A DNA stretch of 64,000 nucleotides, from positions 174 to 64,173 of the forward strand of contig JBKPAF010000040.1 of assembly GCA_046726275.1 (NCBI GenBank), read 5' to 3'. The position numbers and the translations under genes are program-made. The notes under the pieces were generated by a model. That model ran no database searches, had not been told where the DNA came from, and worked only from the letters and a program-made list of their open reading frames with translations. Positions 37,003 through 45,619 of this stretch are shown here, piece after piece. Within the stretch, counting starts at the first letter, position 1. The number at the start of each line of letters is the position of its first letter. The DNA comes from Actinomycetota bacterium (GTDB lineage Bacteria; Actinomycetota; UBA4738).

Positions 37003-37115
37003 GCCGGCGACCACCCGGCCATCGGGCCGGGAGAGCCCGCTCGGCGGTGGCCCGACGGTCGTCCGGCATGGGAGGACACCGGGCAGTCCTCCCTGCCGGA
37101 CCCCTTCTTCCGGAG
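37003..37115 (+). promoter_or_regulatory. structured 5' leader of cbs (candidate riboswitch/attenuator, class unassigned)
   Basis: A closing helix GCCGGCGACC (37003-12) / GGTCG-T-CCGGC (37057-67) encloses CCCGGCC-ATCG-GGCCGGG (37014-31) and CCGC-TCG-GCGG (37037-47). It is followed by GGAGGAC-N8-GTCCTCC (37071-92) and CCGGA...TCCGG (37096-37113), which overlaps the GGAG SD. Confidence 0.3.
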
Positions 37116-37123
37116 CGCAAGCG

Positions 37124-38509
37124 ATGGATGTGATGGATACCTTCCTCGATGCGGTCGGCAACACGCCCCTGGTCCGGCTGCACAACATCACCCGAGGCCT
37201 TCGAGCCACCGTCTTGGCGAAGCTCGAGATGCTCAATCCCGGCGGGAGCGTGAAGGACCGGATCGGCCTGCGGATGATCGAGGCGGCCGAGCGTGCGGGG
37301 GTGCTCAGGCCGGGGGGCACCATCATCGAACCCACCTCCGGCAACACGGGTCATGGCCTTGCCATCGCCGCAGCGATCCGCGGCTACAAGTGCATCTTCG
37401 TGATGCCCGACAAGATGAGCCAGGAGAAGGTGGCGCTGCTCAGGGCGTACGGGGCCGAGGTCGTCATCACGCCCACCGCTGTTCCTCCTGAGTCGCCGGA
37501 GTCCTACTACCGCGTCGCCGACCGGCTGACCGAGGAGATCCCTGGCGCCTTCCAGCCGAACCAGTACTTCAACCAGGAGAACCCTCGAGCGCACTACGAG
37601 ACGACCGGGCCGGAGATCTGGGAGCAGACCGAGGGGCGGCTGGACGTCCTGGTCGCCGGGGTGGGTACGGGAGGGACGATCACCGGGGCCGCGCGGTACC
37701 TCAAGGAACGCAAGCCTTCGGTCACGGTGGTCGGTGCGGATCCGGAGGGGTCCCTGTTCTCCGCCGTCGAGGGGGAAGAGGCGCGACCGTATCTGACCGA
37801 GGGCATCGGCGAGGACTTCTGGCCCGAGACGTTCGACCCGACGCTGGTGGACCGGTGGGTCCGGGTTTCCGACCGCGACTCCCTGCTCACCGCCCGGGCC
37901 ATCACCCGGCAGGAGGGCATCCTCGTGGGTGGGTCGTCCGGGACGGCCATGTTCGCCGCGCTCACCGTGGCTCGGGAGCTTCCGGAGGACGCCCTCGTCG
38001 TCGTGATCTTCCCGGACACCGGGCGCAACTACCTCTCCAAGGTCTACTCGGAGTCGTGGATGCTCCAATACGGATTCCTCGAGCGGGAAGAAGCGATCCG
38101 CGTGGAGGAGATCCTCTCGGCCAAGCATGGAGAGATCCCGCCTCTGGTCTCCGTCGGCGCCCACGAGAAGGCTCGACAGGCGGTCGACCGACTCCAGGAG
38201 TACGGGATCTCGCAGGCCCCGGTTGTCCGCGAGCCCACGCTGGAGGTAAGCGCCTTCGTCGGTTCGATCCGCGAGAGGACGCTGCTCGACCGGATCTTCC
38301 GCGACCCCGACTCCCTCCAGGCGGACGTCGCCGAGGTCATGGCCCCGCCGTTCCCGATGGTCGAGTTCGACGACCCACTCGAGACGGCGTTCGCCGAGCT
38401 TCAGCACGCTCCCGCCGTCATCGTGGCCAAGAATGGGGAGGCGCTCGGCATCCTCACCCGGGCCGACCTGCTGGAGTTCCTGGCTCACCGCGAACGCGCG
38501 AGGGCGTGA
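37124..38509 (+). CDS. cbs: cystathionine beta-synthase (PLP domain + tandem CBS domains)
   Basis: ATG 37124. NPGGSVKDRIG, PTSGNTGHGLA and GVGTGGTITG are present, with two CBS motifs at the C-terminus. Confidence 0.9.
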   Translation: MDVMDTFLDAVGNTPLVRLHNITRGLRATVLAKLEMLNPGGSVKDRIGLRMIEAAERAGVLRPGGTIIEPTSGNTGHGLAIAAAIRGYKCIFVMPDKMSQEKVALLRAYGAEVVITPTAVPPESPESYYRVADRLTEEIPGAFQPNQYFNQENPRAHYETTGPEIWEQTEGRLDVLVAGVGTGGTITGAARYLKERKPSVTVVGADPEGSLFSAVEGEEARPYLTEGIGEDFWPETFDPTLVDRWVRVSDRDSLLTARAITRQEGILVGGSSGTAMFAALTVARELPEDALVVVIFPDTGRNYLSKVYSESWMLQYGFLEREEAIRVEEILSAKHGEIPPLVSVGAHEKARQAVDRLQEYGISQAPVVREPTLEVSAFVGSIRERTLLDRIFRDPDSLQADVAEVMAPPFPMVEFDDPLETAFAELQHAPAVIVAKNGEALGILTRADLLEFLAHRERARA

Positions 38510-38522
38510 TCTGGCTTCCTCC

Positions 38523-39431
38523 ATGAGAGTTCTGGGAGTCGATGTCTCGCTGGGGCGTGGCCTCGACGTGGTGCTGCTCGAGGACACGGTGGTCAAGGAG
38601 ACGTGGACACGACTGGGGCCTCGCGCCCTGACTGAGCTTCTCTGGGCGCACCGTCCCGACGCCGTCGCCATCGACTCGCCGCCGGCTCCAGGAAAGGGCC
38701 TCCTGCGGGACGAAGCCGAACGATCGGTGCTTCCGGTGCCACCTCCCCCCGGGAAGCACCTCGCCCGCCGAGTCGCCGAGTACGAGCTGTCCCGGCGGGG
38801 GATCGGGTCCCACCAGACCCATTACGAGGAGACCAGGCTGTTCTCCTGGATGACGGCTGGGTTCGAGGCCTTCGCCGCGGCCAGAGAGGGCGGGTACGCC
38901 GCGTATCTGGGCCGGGGCCGGGCGAGGCGAACGGCGCTCGAGGTGTTTCCCTATGCCTCGTACGTCGCACTCTCCGGTTGCCTGTCCCCCGGCCGCCGGT
39001 GGCGGGTCCCTTGGCGGCGCGCCGTTCTGGCCGAGGCGGGACTGGGCGGCCTCCCCGAGCTCGCGGTGATCGACGTCCTGGACGCTGCTTGTGCGGCCTT
39101 CACCGCAGCCCGTTTCCTCGAAGGGGATGGGTCGTTCGTGGGCGACCCGCGTGAAGGGGTCATCGTCCTTCCGGTATCGCGCCTGCAGGACCACTACCGC
39201 CGATGTGCCCCTCCCGACCTGCCCATCCACCCCGCCAGCCGGGTCGAGGCGCCAAGGCTGTGCGAGTGCGGCTGCGGGCGGCCGGTGCGCCGGCGGTTCC
39301 TGCCGGGGCATGACGCCAGGCTGCGGGCCCGGCTGGTGAAGGACGCGAGAGCGGGCGTGGCCGCTCGGCGCGAGCTCGCTCGGCTAGGCTGGACCCGAGC
39401 GCTCGACGCGCTCGACGCCGAGGAGGACTGA
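38523..39431 (+). CDS. DUF429 domain protein (predicted RNase-H-like fold) with C-terminal CxCGCG...PGHD motif
   Basis: ATG 38523. MRVLGVDVSLGRGLDVVLLED ... AIDSPP ... DVLDAACAAFTA is followed by the tail CECGCGRPVRRRFLPGHDARLRARL. Confidence 0.65.
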   Translation: MRVLGVDVSLGRGLDVVLLEDTVVKETWTRLGPRALTELLWAHRPDAVAIDSPPAPGKGLLRDEAERSVLPVPPPPGKHLARRVAEYELSRRGIGSHQTHYEETRLFSWMTAGFEAFAAAREGGYAAYLGRGRARRTALEVFPYASYVALSGCLSPGRRWRVPWRRAVLAEAGLGGLPELAVIDVLDAACAAFTAARFLEGDGSFVGDPREGVIVLPVSRLQDHYRRCAPPDLPIHPASRVEAPRLCECGCGRPVRRRFLPGHDARLRARLVKDARAGVAARRELARLGWTRALDALDAEED

Positions 39432-39437
39432 CGACCG

Positions 39438-40565
39438 ATGCGATTCGAGACCCGGGCCATCCACGCCGGCCAGGAACCCGAGCCCGCGTACGGGTCAGTG
39501 AACGTCCCGATCTACCAGACCTCGACGTACGCCCAGGAGGCGGTGGGCAAGCACAAGGGGTATGACTACGCCCGCACCGGCAACCCGACCCGGACCGTGC
39601 TCGAGACGGCCATGGCCGCGCTGGAGGAAGGCTACGGGGGGTTGTGCTTCGCCTCCGGGATGGCCGCCGAGTCCACGTTCTTCTGCCTACTGAGGACGGG
39701 CGACCACGTCGTCATCGCCGACGACGTGTACGGCGGCACCTACAGGCTGGTGGCAAGAGTGCTCGCCCCGGCCATGGGGATCGAGTTCGACACGATCGAC
39801 CTGACCGACCTGGAAGCCCTGAAGAAGGCGATGCGCGACGAGACCCGGGTGGTGTGGGTCGAGACCCCCACCAATCCCCTCCTCAAGATCATCGACATCG
39901 CGGCGGTGGCCGAGGTCGCCCACGACGCGGGCGCCTGGTGCGTGGTCGACAACACGTTCGCCTCCCCCTACCTGCAGCAGCCGATCAGTCTGGGTGCCGA
40001 CGCGGTGATCCACTCCGCGACCAAATATCTGGGCGGCCACTCCGATGTGGTCGGCGGGGTGATCGTGACCACGGCGGCGGAGATGCACGAGCGGCTCGCG
40101 TTCCTGCAGAACTCCCTCGGCGCGGTCCCGGGACCCCAGGACTGCTTCCTGGTCCTTCGAGGACTGAAGACCCTCGCCCTGCGCATGGAGGCGCATTCTC
40201 GCAACGCGGCCAGGGTCGCCGAGTTCCTGGACGGCCACGAGCGAGTGAAGCGGGTCTACTATCCGGGCCTTCTTTCCCATCCAGGCCGAGACATCGCCGC
40301 CCGGCAGATGCGGGAGTTCGGCGGGATGGTCTCGTTCGAGACGCACGACGAGGAATCGGCCCTGGACGTATGCCGGAAAACGCAGCTCTTCTTCCTGGCC
40401 GAATCCCTGGGTGGGGTCGAGTCGCTGATCGAACATCCCGGGCGGATGACGCACGCCAGCGTTGCCGGGTCGCCGCTGGAGGTTCCGCCGAACCTCGTGC
40501 GGCTGTCGGTGGGGATCGAGCATCCCGACGACCTCCTGGAGGACCTGGCCCAGGCGCTTGCCTGA
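39438..40565 (+). CDS. cystathionine gamma-synthase/gamma-lyase family PLP enzyme
   Basis: ORF track. YARTGNPTR and the PLP-lysine motif HSATKYLGGHSDVVGG are present. Confidence 0.9.
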   Translation: MRFETRAIHAGQEPEPAYGSVNVPIYQTSTYAQEAVGKHKGYDYARTGNPTRTVLETAMAALEEGYGGLCFASGMAAESTFFCLLRTGDHVVIADDVYGGTYRLVARVLAPAMGIEFDTIDLTDLEALKKAMRDETRVVWVETPTNPLLKIIDIAAVAEVAHDAGAWCVVDNTFASPYLQQPISLGADAVIHSATKYLGGHSDVVGGVIVTTAAEMHERLAFLQNSLGAVPGPQDCFLVLRGLKTLALRMEAHSRNAARVAEFLDGHERVKRVYYPGLLSHPGRDIAARQMREFGGMVSFETHDEESALDVCRKTQLFFLAESLGGVESLIEHPGRMTHASVAGSPLEVPPNLVRLSVGIEHPDDLLEDLAQALA

Positions 40566-40590
40566 CCCCTCTGAGATCGAGCCGGCCGCG

Positions 40591-41949
40591 GTGCCGCCCC
40601 CAAGCTGGCGGGAGGTGTTCTCCGGCCGCCTCGGGCGCCTGACGTTCGGCCTGTTCCTGCTGGAGGTGCTGGCCGCCGTGCAGATCCTGGTGGTGACGGC
40701 CGTCATGCCGGCCATCACCCGAGAGCTCGGGGGCCTCCATCTCTACGGTTGGGCTTTCAGCGCATCGGGCCTTGCCACCGTAGTGGCCATCCCCCTGACC
40801 GGGCAGGCCGTCGACCGACTGGGGCCGGCGCGGCCCCTTGCGCTGATGCTCGGCGTGTTCGCGGCGGGCACCCTTCTGGCCGGCCTCGCCCCCACGATGC
40901 CCGCGTTCGTCCTCGGGCGCTTCCTTCAGGGGGCCGGCGCGGGGGCCCAATATGCCGTCGGCCTCAGCACCGTGGCGAAGACGTACCCGCCGGATCATCG
41001 GCCTCGGGTCCTGGCTCTGCTCGCCGCCGCTTGGATCGTTCCCGGGCTGCTCGGGCCCTCCTACGGCGCCCTGCTGGCGACCACGGTCGGATGGCGGTGG
41101 GCCTTTCTGTCCCTGCTCCCTCTTCTCGCCGTGGCCTCGTGGCTGGTGTTTCCCGGCCTGGCCGAGCTGCCCCGGACGGCGTCGGAGGAACGCCTGGACA
41201 TCGTCCGGCCGATCCTGCTGTCGCTCGGCGCGGCGGCGGTGTTCGTCGGCCTGACGCACTTCTCGGTGTGGTCGGCACCCCTGGTGATCCTCGGGGTGGC
41301 CGTCGCAGCTCCGGCCCTCCGCGGCCTCGTGGCGAGAGGAACGGAGCTGGCCAAGCCCGGCCTCTCGTCTCCCCTGGCCGCCGGCTTCCTGATGTCGGTG
41401 AGCTTCTTCGCCGTAGATGGGTTCGTTCCCCTCATGCTCACGCGGGTCCGTGGCCTCTCCATCGCGCTGGCGAGCCTCGTGGTCACCTTCGCCACGGTGA
41501 GCTGGTCCCTCGGAACGCTGTGGCAGGCCCGCGTGGCGGGAAGGCTCTCCAAGGGATTCCTGGTCCGGGCGGGGGCGCTGGCAATGGCCGCGGGCGCGGC
41601 TGGTGTGGCCGTGGGGCTGCTCGATGTCCCCCTGGTGATCCCTTTCGTCTCGTGGACGATCGCGGGTGTTGGGATGGGGGTCGCGTATCCCACCGTCTAC
41701 CTGGTCACGATGGAACGAGCCGGGCAAGGAGCCGAGGGCCGAGCTGTGGCCCTGATGCTCCTGATCGACTCGCTGGGCGTCGCAGTGGGAACCGGCCTGG
41801 CAGGGAGCGCGGTGGCCCTCGCCGAAGCCGCCGGGGCCGGGCTCTCCGTCGGGCTCACGGCAACGTTCGTGCTCGCCGTGGTGGCTGCGATCGGCCTGGC
41901 CGCAGTTTCCCCCAAGCTCGAGACCAACCCCAGACCATCGCCCAGCTGA
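40591..41949 (+). CDS. MFS transporter
   Basis: ORF 40462..41949 trimmed to GTG 40591, after the upstream stop. It has a polytopic profile and the loop motif GQAVDRLGPARP. Confidence 0.75.
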   Translation: MPPPSWREVFSGRLGRLTFGLFLLEVLAAVQILVVTAVMPAITRELGGLHLYGWAFSASGLATVVAIPLTGQAVDRLGPARPLALMLGVFAAGTLLAGLAPTMPAFVLGRFLQGAGAGAQYAVGLSTVAKTYPPDHRPRVLALLAAAWIVPGLLGPSYGALLATTVGWRWAFLSLLPLLAVASWLVFPGLAELPRTASEERLDIVRPILLSLGAAAVFVGLTHFSVWSAPLVILGVAVAAPALRGLVARGTELAKPGLSSPLAAGFLMSVSFFAVDGFVPLMLTRVRGLSIALASLVVTFATVSWSLGTLWQARVAGRLSKGFLVRAGALAMAAGAAGVAVGLLDVPLVIPFVSWTIAGVGMGVAYPTVYLVTMERAGQGAEGRAVALMLLIDSLGVAVGTGLAGSAVALAEAAGAGLSVGLTATFVLAVVAAIGLAAVSPKLETNPRPSPS

Positions 41950-41971
41950 CTCGCCAGCCCGAGGCTCTCCT

Positions 41972-42136
41972 TCAGCTCTTGGAACGCTTGAGGTAGGCGA
42001 CCAGCGAGGTGCCTCCGGCGGGCGTCTGCTGGTCCACGACGCTCACCAGCTCCCAACCGTCATCCCCGAAGTTGTTGAGGATCTCTCCCGGATTGTGGGG
42101 AAGAAGCGGCGCTACGAAATACTCCCACTGCTGCAT
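41972..42136 (-). CDS. DUF4177 domain small protein (54 aa, below the ORF-track cutoff)
   Basis: My own translation gives MQQWEYFVAPLLPHNPGEILNNFGDDGWELVSVVDQQTPAGGTSLVAYLKRSKS. ATG 42136 is preceded by GGGAGGGG. The WEY ... GWELVSV ... AYLKR pattern is typical of DUF4177. Confidence 0.65.
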   Translation of the reverse strand: MQQWEYFVAPLLPHNPGEILNNFGDDGWELVSVVDQQTPAGGTSLVAYLKRSKS

Positions 42137-42172
42137 CGATCCCCTCCCTTTCTCCCATGGACAAGACGCGGA

Positions 42173-42766
42173 TCAGGCTGATACGGCCCCGCTCTGGCCG
42201 AGCAGCTCGAACAGGGACCACAGGATGCGCGCCGTGGCCCCCCAGATCACATGGCCATCCACCTGGTACGCGTAGGTCTGGAACCTGATCCCCTCGTGCT
42301 CGAACTCGGACTCAGCGCCATTGGCCATGAGTTCGGCCAGGGGAAACTCGAGCACGTCCGCGATCTCCTCCGGACTCGGGGTGAACCGCGGGTCCTCCTT
42401 CAGGAATCCGACGAAGGGGACGATCAGGATGCCCGTGACCCGCGTGTGAACCGGCGGGAGAGCCCCCACCAGCTCGACGTCGGCGGGTGCCAGGCCGAGC
42501 TCCTCCTCCGCCTCGCGCAGAGCGGTCGCCGAGGCAGCCTCGCCTTCGTCGGCCAGGCCTCCGGGAAAGGAGATCTCTCCGGCATGCCTGGAGAGCGTGT
42601 CCGTTCGCTTGGTGAAGACCAACCTCGGGGTCGGCGTGGAGACCAGGACCGGGACCAGGACGGACGCGAGCGCCGTGTCGGGCGGCACGGTGGTCCTCGG
42701 GGACGACACGAGCAACGAAGGTAGAGCCTCGCTCAGTTCCTTCGAGGAGTACATCGGCGGATCCAT
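42173..42766 (-). CDS. CoA pyrophosphatase-type NUDIX hydrolase
   Basis: ORF track. HAGEISFPGGLADEGEAASATALREAEEELGL (Nudix box) has the preceding L-x-FTKR pattern of NudL-like enzymes. Confidence 0.85.
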   Translation of the reverse strand: MDPPMYSSKELSEALPSLLVSSPRTTVPPDTALASVLVPVLVSTPTPRLVFTKRTDTLSRHAGEISFPGGLADEGEAASATALREAEEELGLAPADVELVGALPPVHTRVTGILIVPFVGFLKEDPRFTPSPEEIADVLEFPLAELMANGAESEFEHEGIRFQTYAYQVDGHVIWGATARILWSLFELLGQSGAVSA

Positions 42767-42811
42767 AGTAGACGCGGGGCTCTGAGGGCGGGCCCCGACT
42801 TCGGCCGTATC

Positions 42812-43168
42812 ATGGGGGACGTGGAAACGACGGCTTCGGCCCAGACCATCGCGGTGACCGAACGCGCAGCGGAGAAGGCCATCGAGCTGGCCCGACGAGA
42901 AGGCTACGCCGAGCCCCTCCTACGGCTGCGGGTCACCGCCGGCGGGTGCTCAGGGTTCTCGTATCGGCTGTCGTTCGAACGCGATCCTTCTGAAGGCGAT
43001 GCCGTCGTCGAGGCACATGGACTGAGGGTGATCATCGACGGCAAGAGCCTCCCCATCGTGGCGGGATCCACGTTGGAGTTCAGCGACGCAATGCTTGGAG
43101 GCGGGTTCAAGGTGAACAACCCGCAGGCGGTTCACGAATGCGCGTGCGGGGAGTCCTTCGCGATCTGA
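42812..43168 (+). CDS. erpA: HesB/IscA-family iron-sulfur cluster insertion protein
   Basis: ORF track. GGCSGFSY and the C-terminal CACGESF motif. Confidence 0.9.
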   Translation: MGDVETTASAQTIAVTERAAEKAIELARREGYAEPLLRLRVTAGGCSGFSYRLSFERDPSEGDAVVEAHGLRVIIDGKSLPIVAGSTLEFSDAMLGGGFKVNNPQAVHECACGESFAI

Positions 43169-43201
43169 CCGCCCCTGCTCCCGGCCCGACCCGGGTTCCG
43201 A

Positions 43202-43876
43202 TCAGGCCCGCACGTTCCTGAGGCCGCCGAGGCCCTTGACGTCCAGCAGGTGCATCTCCATCTCGGCCCAGGGCGACCGGACCTCCGCGGAGGCCATGAC
43301 CGACGACCACAACCGGTCCGGGAGCTCTCGGTCCATTCCGGCATCGAACACGAAGTCCCAGGTGGAGCCCCCGAGGAAGTCTGCCTTCACGCTCGCCGGT
43401 GCCTCGGCGTTGGTGGTCAGCAACTCGTACCCAGATCGGTCTTCGGCGTAGCCCGGCAGCCATCGCCAGAACCGCGGGGGCGCCGCGAGCAACACGGCTC
43501 CCTGCTCGACGGCGCCCTTCTGCCGGGCCACGGTCATCTTGAGCATGTCCTCGATGGCGCCGTTGGCGAACCCGGCATGATCCTCGCTCCGAGGATGCCA
43601 CTGGATCTCGATGGCCAGCTGCGGCACGCGCGTCTTCGCGGCGACGATGACGTCGGTGGGCGACCCGAGGGGACCGGAGCCCAGGCTCGCCTCGGTCGAG
43701 ACCAGCTCCGCCCGGCCGAACTGGAGGGCCTTTCGAAGGGACGACCTGAGATCCGCCTCGAAGGCCAGCTTGGTGGCCGGAGCCGAACGCGCCGCGAGCC
43801 CCAGGTGGTTCATGAGGGCCTGCACCTCGCCGGCGGCGGCCAGGAGGGCCGCTTGGATCGCCTCAGGTTCGAGCAC
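43202..43876 (-). CDS. hypothetical protein, no family recognised
   Basis: The frame has strongly GC-biased third codon positions. GTG 43876 is preferred over the ORF-track start 43990, which would lie 3 nt from the divergent gene. Confidence 0.55.
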   Translation of the reverse strand: MLEPEAIQAALLAAAGEVQALMNHLGLAARSAPATKLAFEADLRSSLRKALQFGRAELVSTEASLGSGPLGSPTDVIVAAKTRVPQLAIEIQWHPRSEDHAGFANGAIEDMLKMTVARQKGAVEQGAVLLAAPPRFWRWLPGYAEDRSGYELLTTNAEAPASVKADFLGGSTWDFVFDAGMDRELPDRLWSSVMASAEVRSPWAEMEMHLLDVKGLGGLRNVRA

Positions 43877-43992
43877 GTGATCCGTCCCGGTGGCGCACGG
43901 GTGTGGAGCGTAGCAGGCCCGGAGGGTCCGGAAATGGCGCCCTGATCGGCGGAAATCCGCTTCTCGGATTTCGCCACCTATACTTTCCACCG

Positions 43993-45204
43993 ATGCCGTC
44001 CTCCGCCGACAAGACCCAGTGGCGGGATCTATACGACGAGGTCGTCACGACGGGCTTGTGCACCGGGTGTTCCGCCTGTGTCGTGGTGTGCCCGTTCCAC
44101 GTCCTGGGCTACGAGAACGATCGTCCGTTCCAGCTCGAAGATGGGGAGCCCAATCACTGCACGCATGGGGACAAGGGCTGCGACATCTGCACTCGGGCTT
44201 GTCCGCGGTTTCGGGAGTGGGAGCCCGAACTGGATCGGATGCTGTTCGGTCGCACCCGCCTGCCGGAAGAAGTCATCGGCGTCCACCAGGACGTCGTCCT
44301 GGCCCGTGCCACCGAGCCCCGTGTTCTGGCGCAGGGACAGGACGGCGGGGTCGTTTCGGCCCTGCTCATCTGGGGGTTGGAGACGGGCCAGATCGACGGT
44401 GCCCTCACGTCGAAGCTCTCAGAGGACCGAGCATGGGACGCCGAGCCCGCGGTGGTCACCGACGCCGAGGGCGTCCTGGCCACGGCCGGCTCCCGGTACA
44501 CCTATTCGGCCAACCCCCTGGCCCTGGTCAAGGCGGCCGAGATGGGTCTGTCCAAGGTGGCTCTGGTGGGGATGTCCTGCCAGGCCAGCGTCACGGGCGC
44601 CCTGGAGGCCCGCCGGGTCAACAAGTGGCGGCGCCGGATCGCCTGGACGTTCGGTCTGCTGTGCTCGAAGTCCTTCACGTACGACGGCCTCATGGTGCAG
44701 ATCGCGCAGAACGAGCTCGGGATCGATCTGGACGAGCTGATCAGGGTCAACGTGAAGGGAAAGCTCCTCTTCTACACGAAGGACGGGCGCGAGCTCACCT
44801 ACTCACTGAAGAAGTCCCACGCCTACACGCGACCCGGCTGCCTGATGTGCCCGGACTTCGCGGCCGAGCATGCGGACCTGTCGTTCGGGGGGCTCGGACA
44901 GAGCGACGGATGGACGCTGACGGTGATCAGGACGGATCTCGGCGACAAGATCTTCAAAGGGGCGTACGCCGCCGGGGTCATCGACTATCGGCCCGGCAGG
45001 GAGGACCCAGATGCCCTGGCCCTCATGGACAAGCTGGCCGCCCACTCCCGCCGGCGCTGGCCCCGGGACGAACTGCCGGCGGCCTGGTCGGGGCCGGGAG
45101 TCGTGCCAAACGGTCAGGGGGATGGGGCGTCCGGGGACGGTCATGCTCCCCCGCCGGCGACCGTCGATCGGGACCTGAAGTCTTCGGCTACTCCGGAGCG
45201 GTGA
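43993..45204 (+). CDS. coenzyme F420 hydrogenase/dehydrogenase beta-subunit family protein (FrhB/FdhB-like) with N-terminal 4Fe-4S motifs
   Basis: ATG 43993. [12 protein letters not shown] and CDICTRACP clusters, [10 protein letters not shown] and AGSRYTYS blocks are present. Confidence 0.85.
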   Translation: MPSSADKTQWRDLYDEVVTTGLCTGCSACVVVCPFHVLGYENDRPFQLEDGEPNHCTHGDKGCDICTRACPRFREWEPELDRMLFGRTRLPEEVIGVHQDVVLARATEPRVLAQGQDGGVVSALLIWGLETGQIDGALTSKLSEDRAWDAEPAVVTDAEGVLATAGSRYTYSANPLALVKAAEMGLSKVALVGMSCQASVTGALEARRVNKWRRRIAWTFGLLCSKSFTYDGLMVQIAQNELGIDLDELIRVNVKGKLLFYTKDGRELTYSLKKSHAYTRPGCLMCPDFAAEHADLSFGGLGQSDGWTLTVIRTDLGDKIFKGAYAAGVIDYRPGREDPDALALMDKLAAHSRRRWPRDELPAAWSGPGVVPNGQGDGASGDGHAPPPATVDRDLKSSATPER

Positions 45205-45517
45205 AGTTCGACACGAAGGCGTGGTCCTTGTCGACAGGACCGACCTGGGCGGCGCCACCGGGAGAGCCGATCCCACTGACGTCTTCATTGAAGAACTCGG
45301 CATTGATCGGCGTGTAGTTCTTCCACTCAGCCGGGACGTCGTCCTCGTAGAAGATCGCTGTTACGGGGCACACGGGCTCGCACGCACCGCAGTCGACGCA
45401 CTCGTCCGGGTGGATGTACAGCATCCGGCCGCCCTCGTAGATACAGTCCACCGGACATTCGTCGACGCACGCCCGGTCCTTGACGTCGATGCAGGGTTCG
45501 CAGATCGTGTAGGTCAT
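45188..45517 (-). CDS. fdxA: 7Fe (3Fe-4S/4Fe-4S) ferredoxin
   Basis: ATG 45517. [27 protein letters not shown] ... [12 protein letters not shown]. Its 3' end overlaps the convergent FrhB-like gene by 17 nt. Confidence 0.9.
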   Translation of the reverse strand: MTYTICEPCIDVKDRACVDECPVDCIYEGGRMLYIHPDECVDCGACEPVCPVTAIFYEDDVPAEWKNYTPINAEFFNEDVSGIGSPGGAAQVGPVDKDHAFVSNFTAPE

Positions 45518-45558
45518 CCGATAAACCCCTTTCTCACCGTGTTGACCGTGTAAATAGG

Positions 45559-45586
45559 AGTTTACCCGGACAGGCCCCCGGCGCAA
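45559..45586 (-). promoter_or_regulatory. promoter candidate for fdxA
   Basis: The minus strand reads TTGCGC (45586-81), a 16-nt spacer, then TAAACT (45564-59). It lies about 45 nt upstream of the fdxA start. Confidence 0.25.
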
Positions 45587-45619
45587 CCCCACGCCCGGGA
45601 GTCGACACCGAGACGGGTC

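Noticed and set aside
36918-37123. Assignment of the cbs leader to a known SAM-I/SAM-IV/SAH riboswitch class
   Set aside because: Fragments such as CCGGCGACCACCCGG and GGTGGCCCGACGG loosely recall SAM-IV core strings. I could not reproduce the consensus helices or conserved nucleotides from memory, so I kept it only as an unclassified structured leader.
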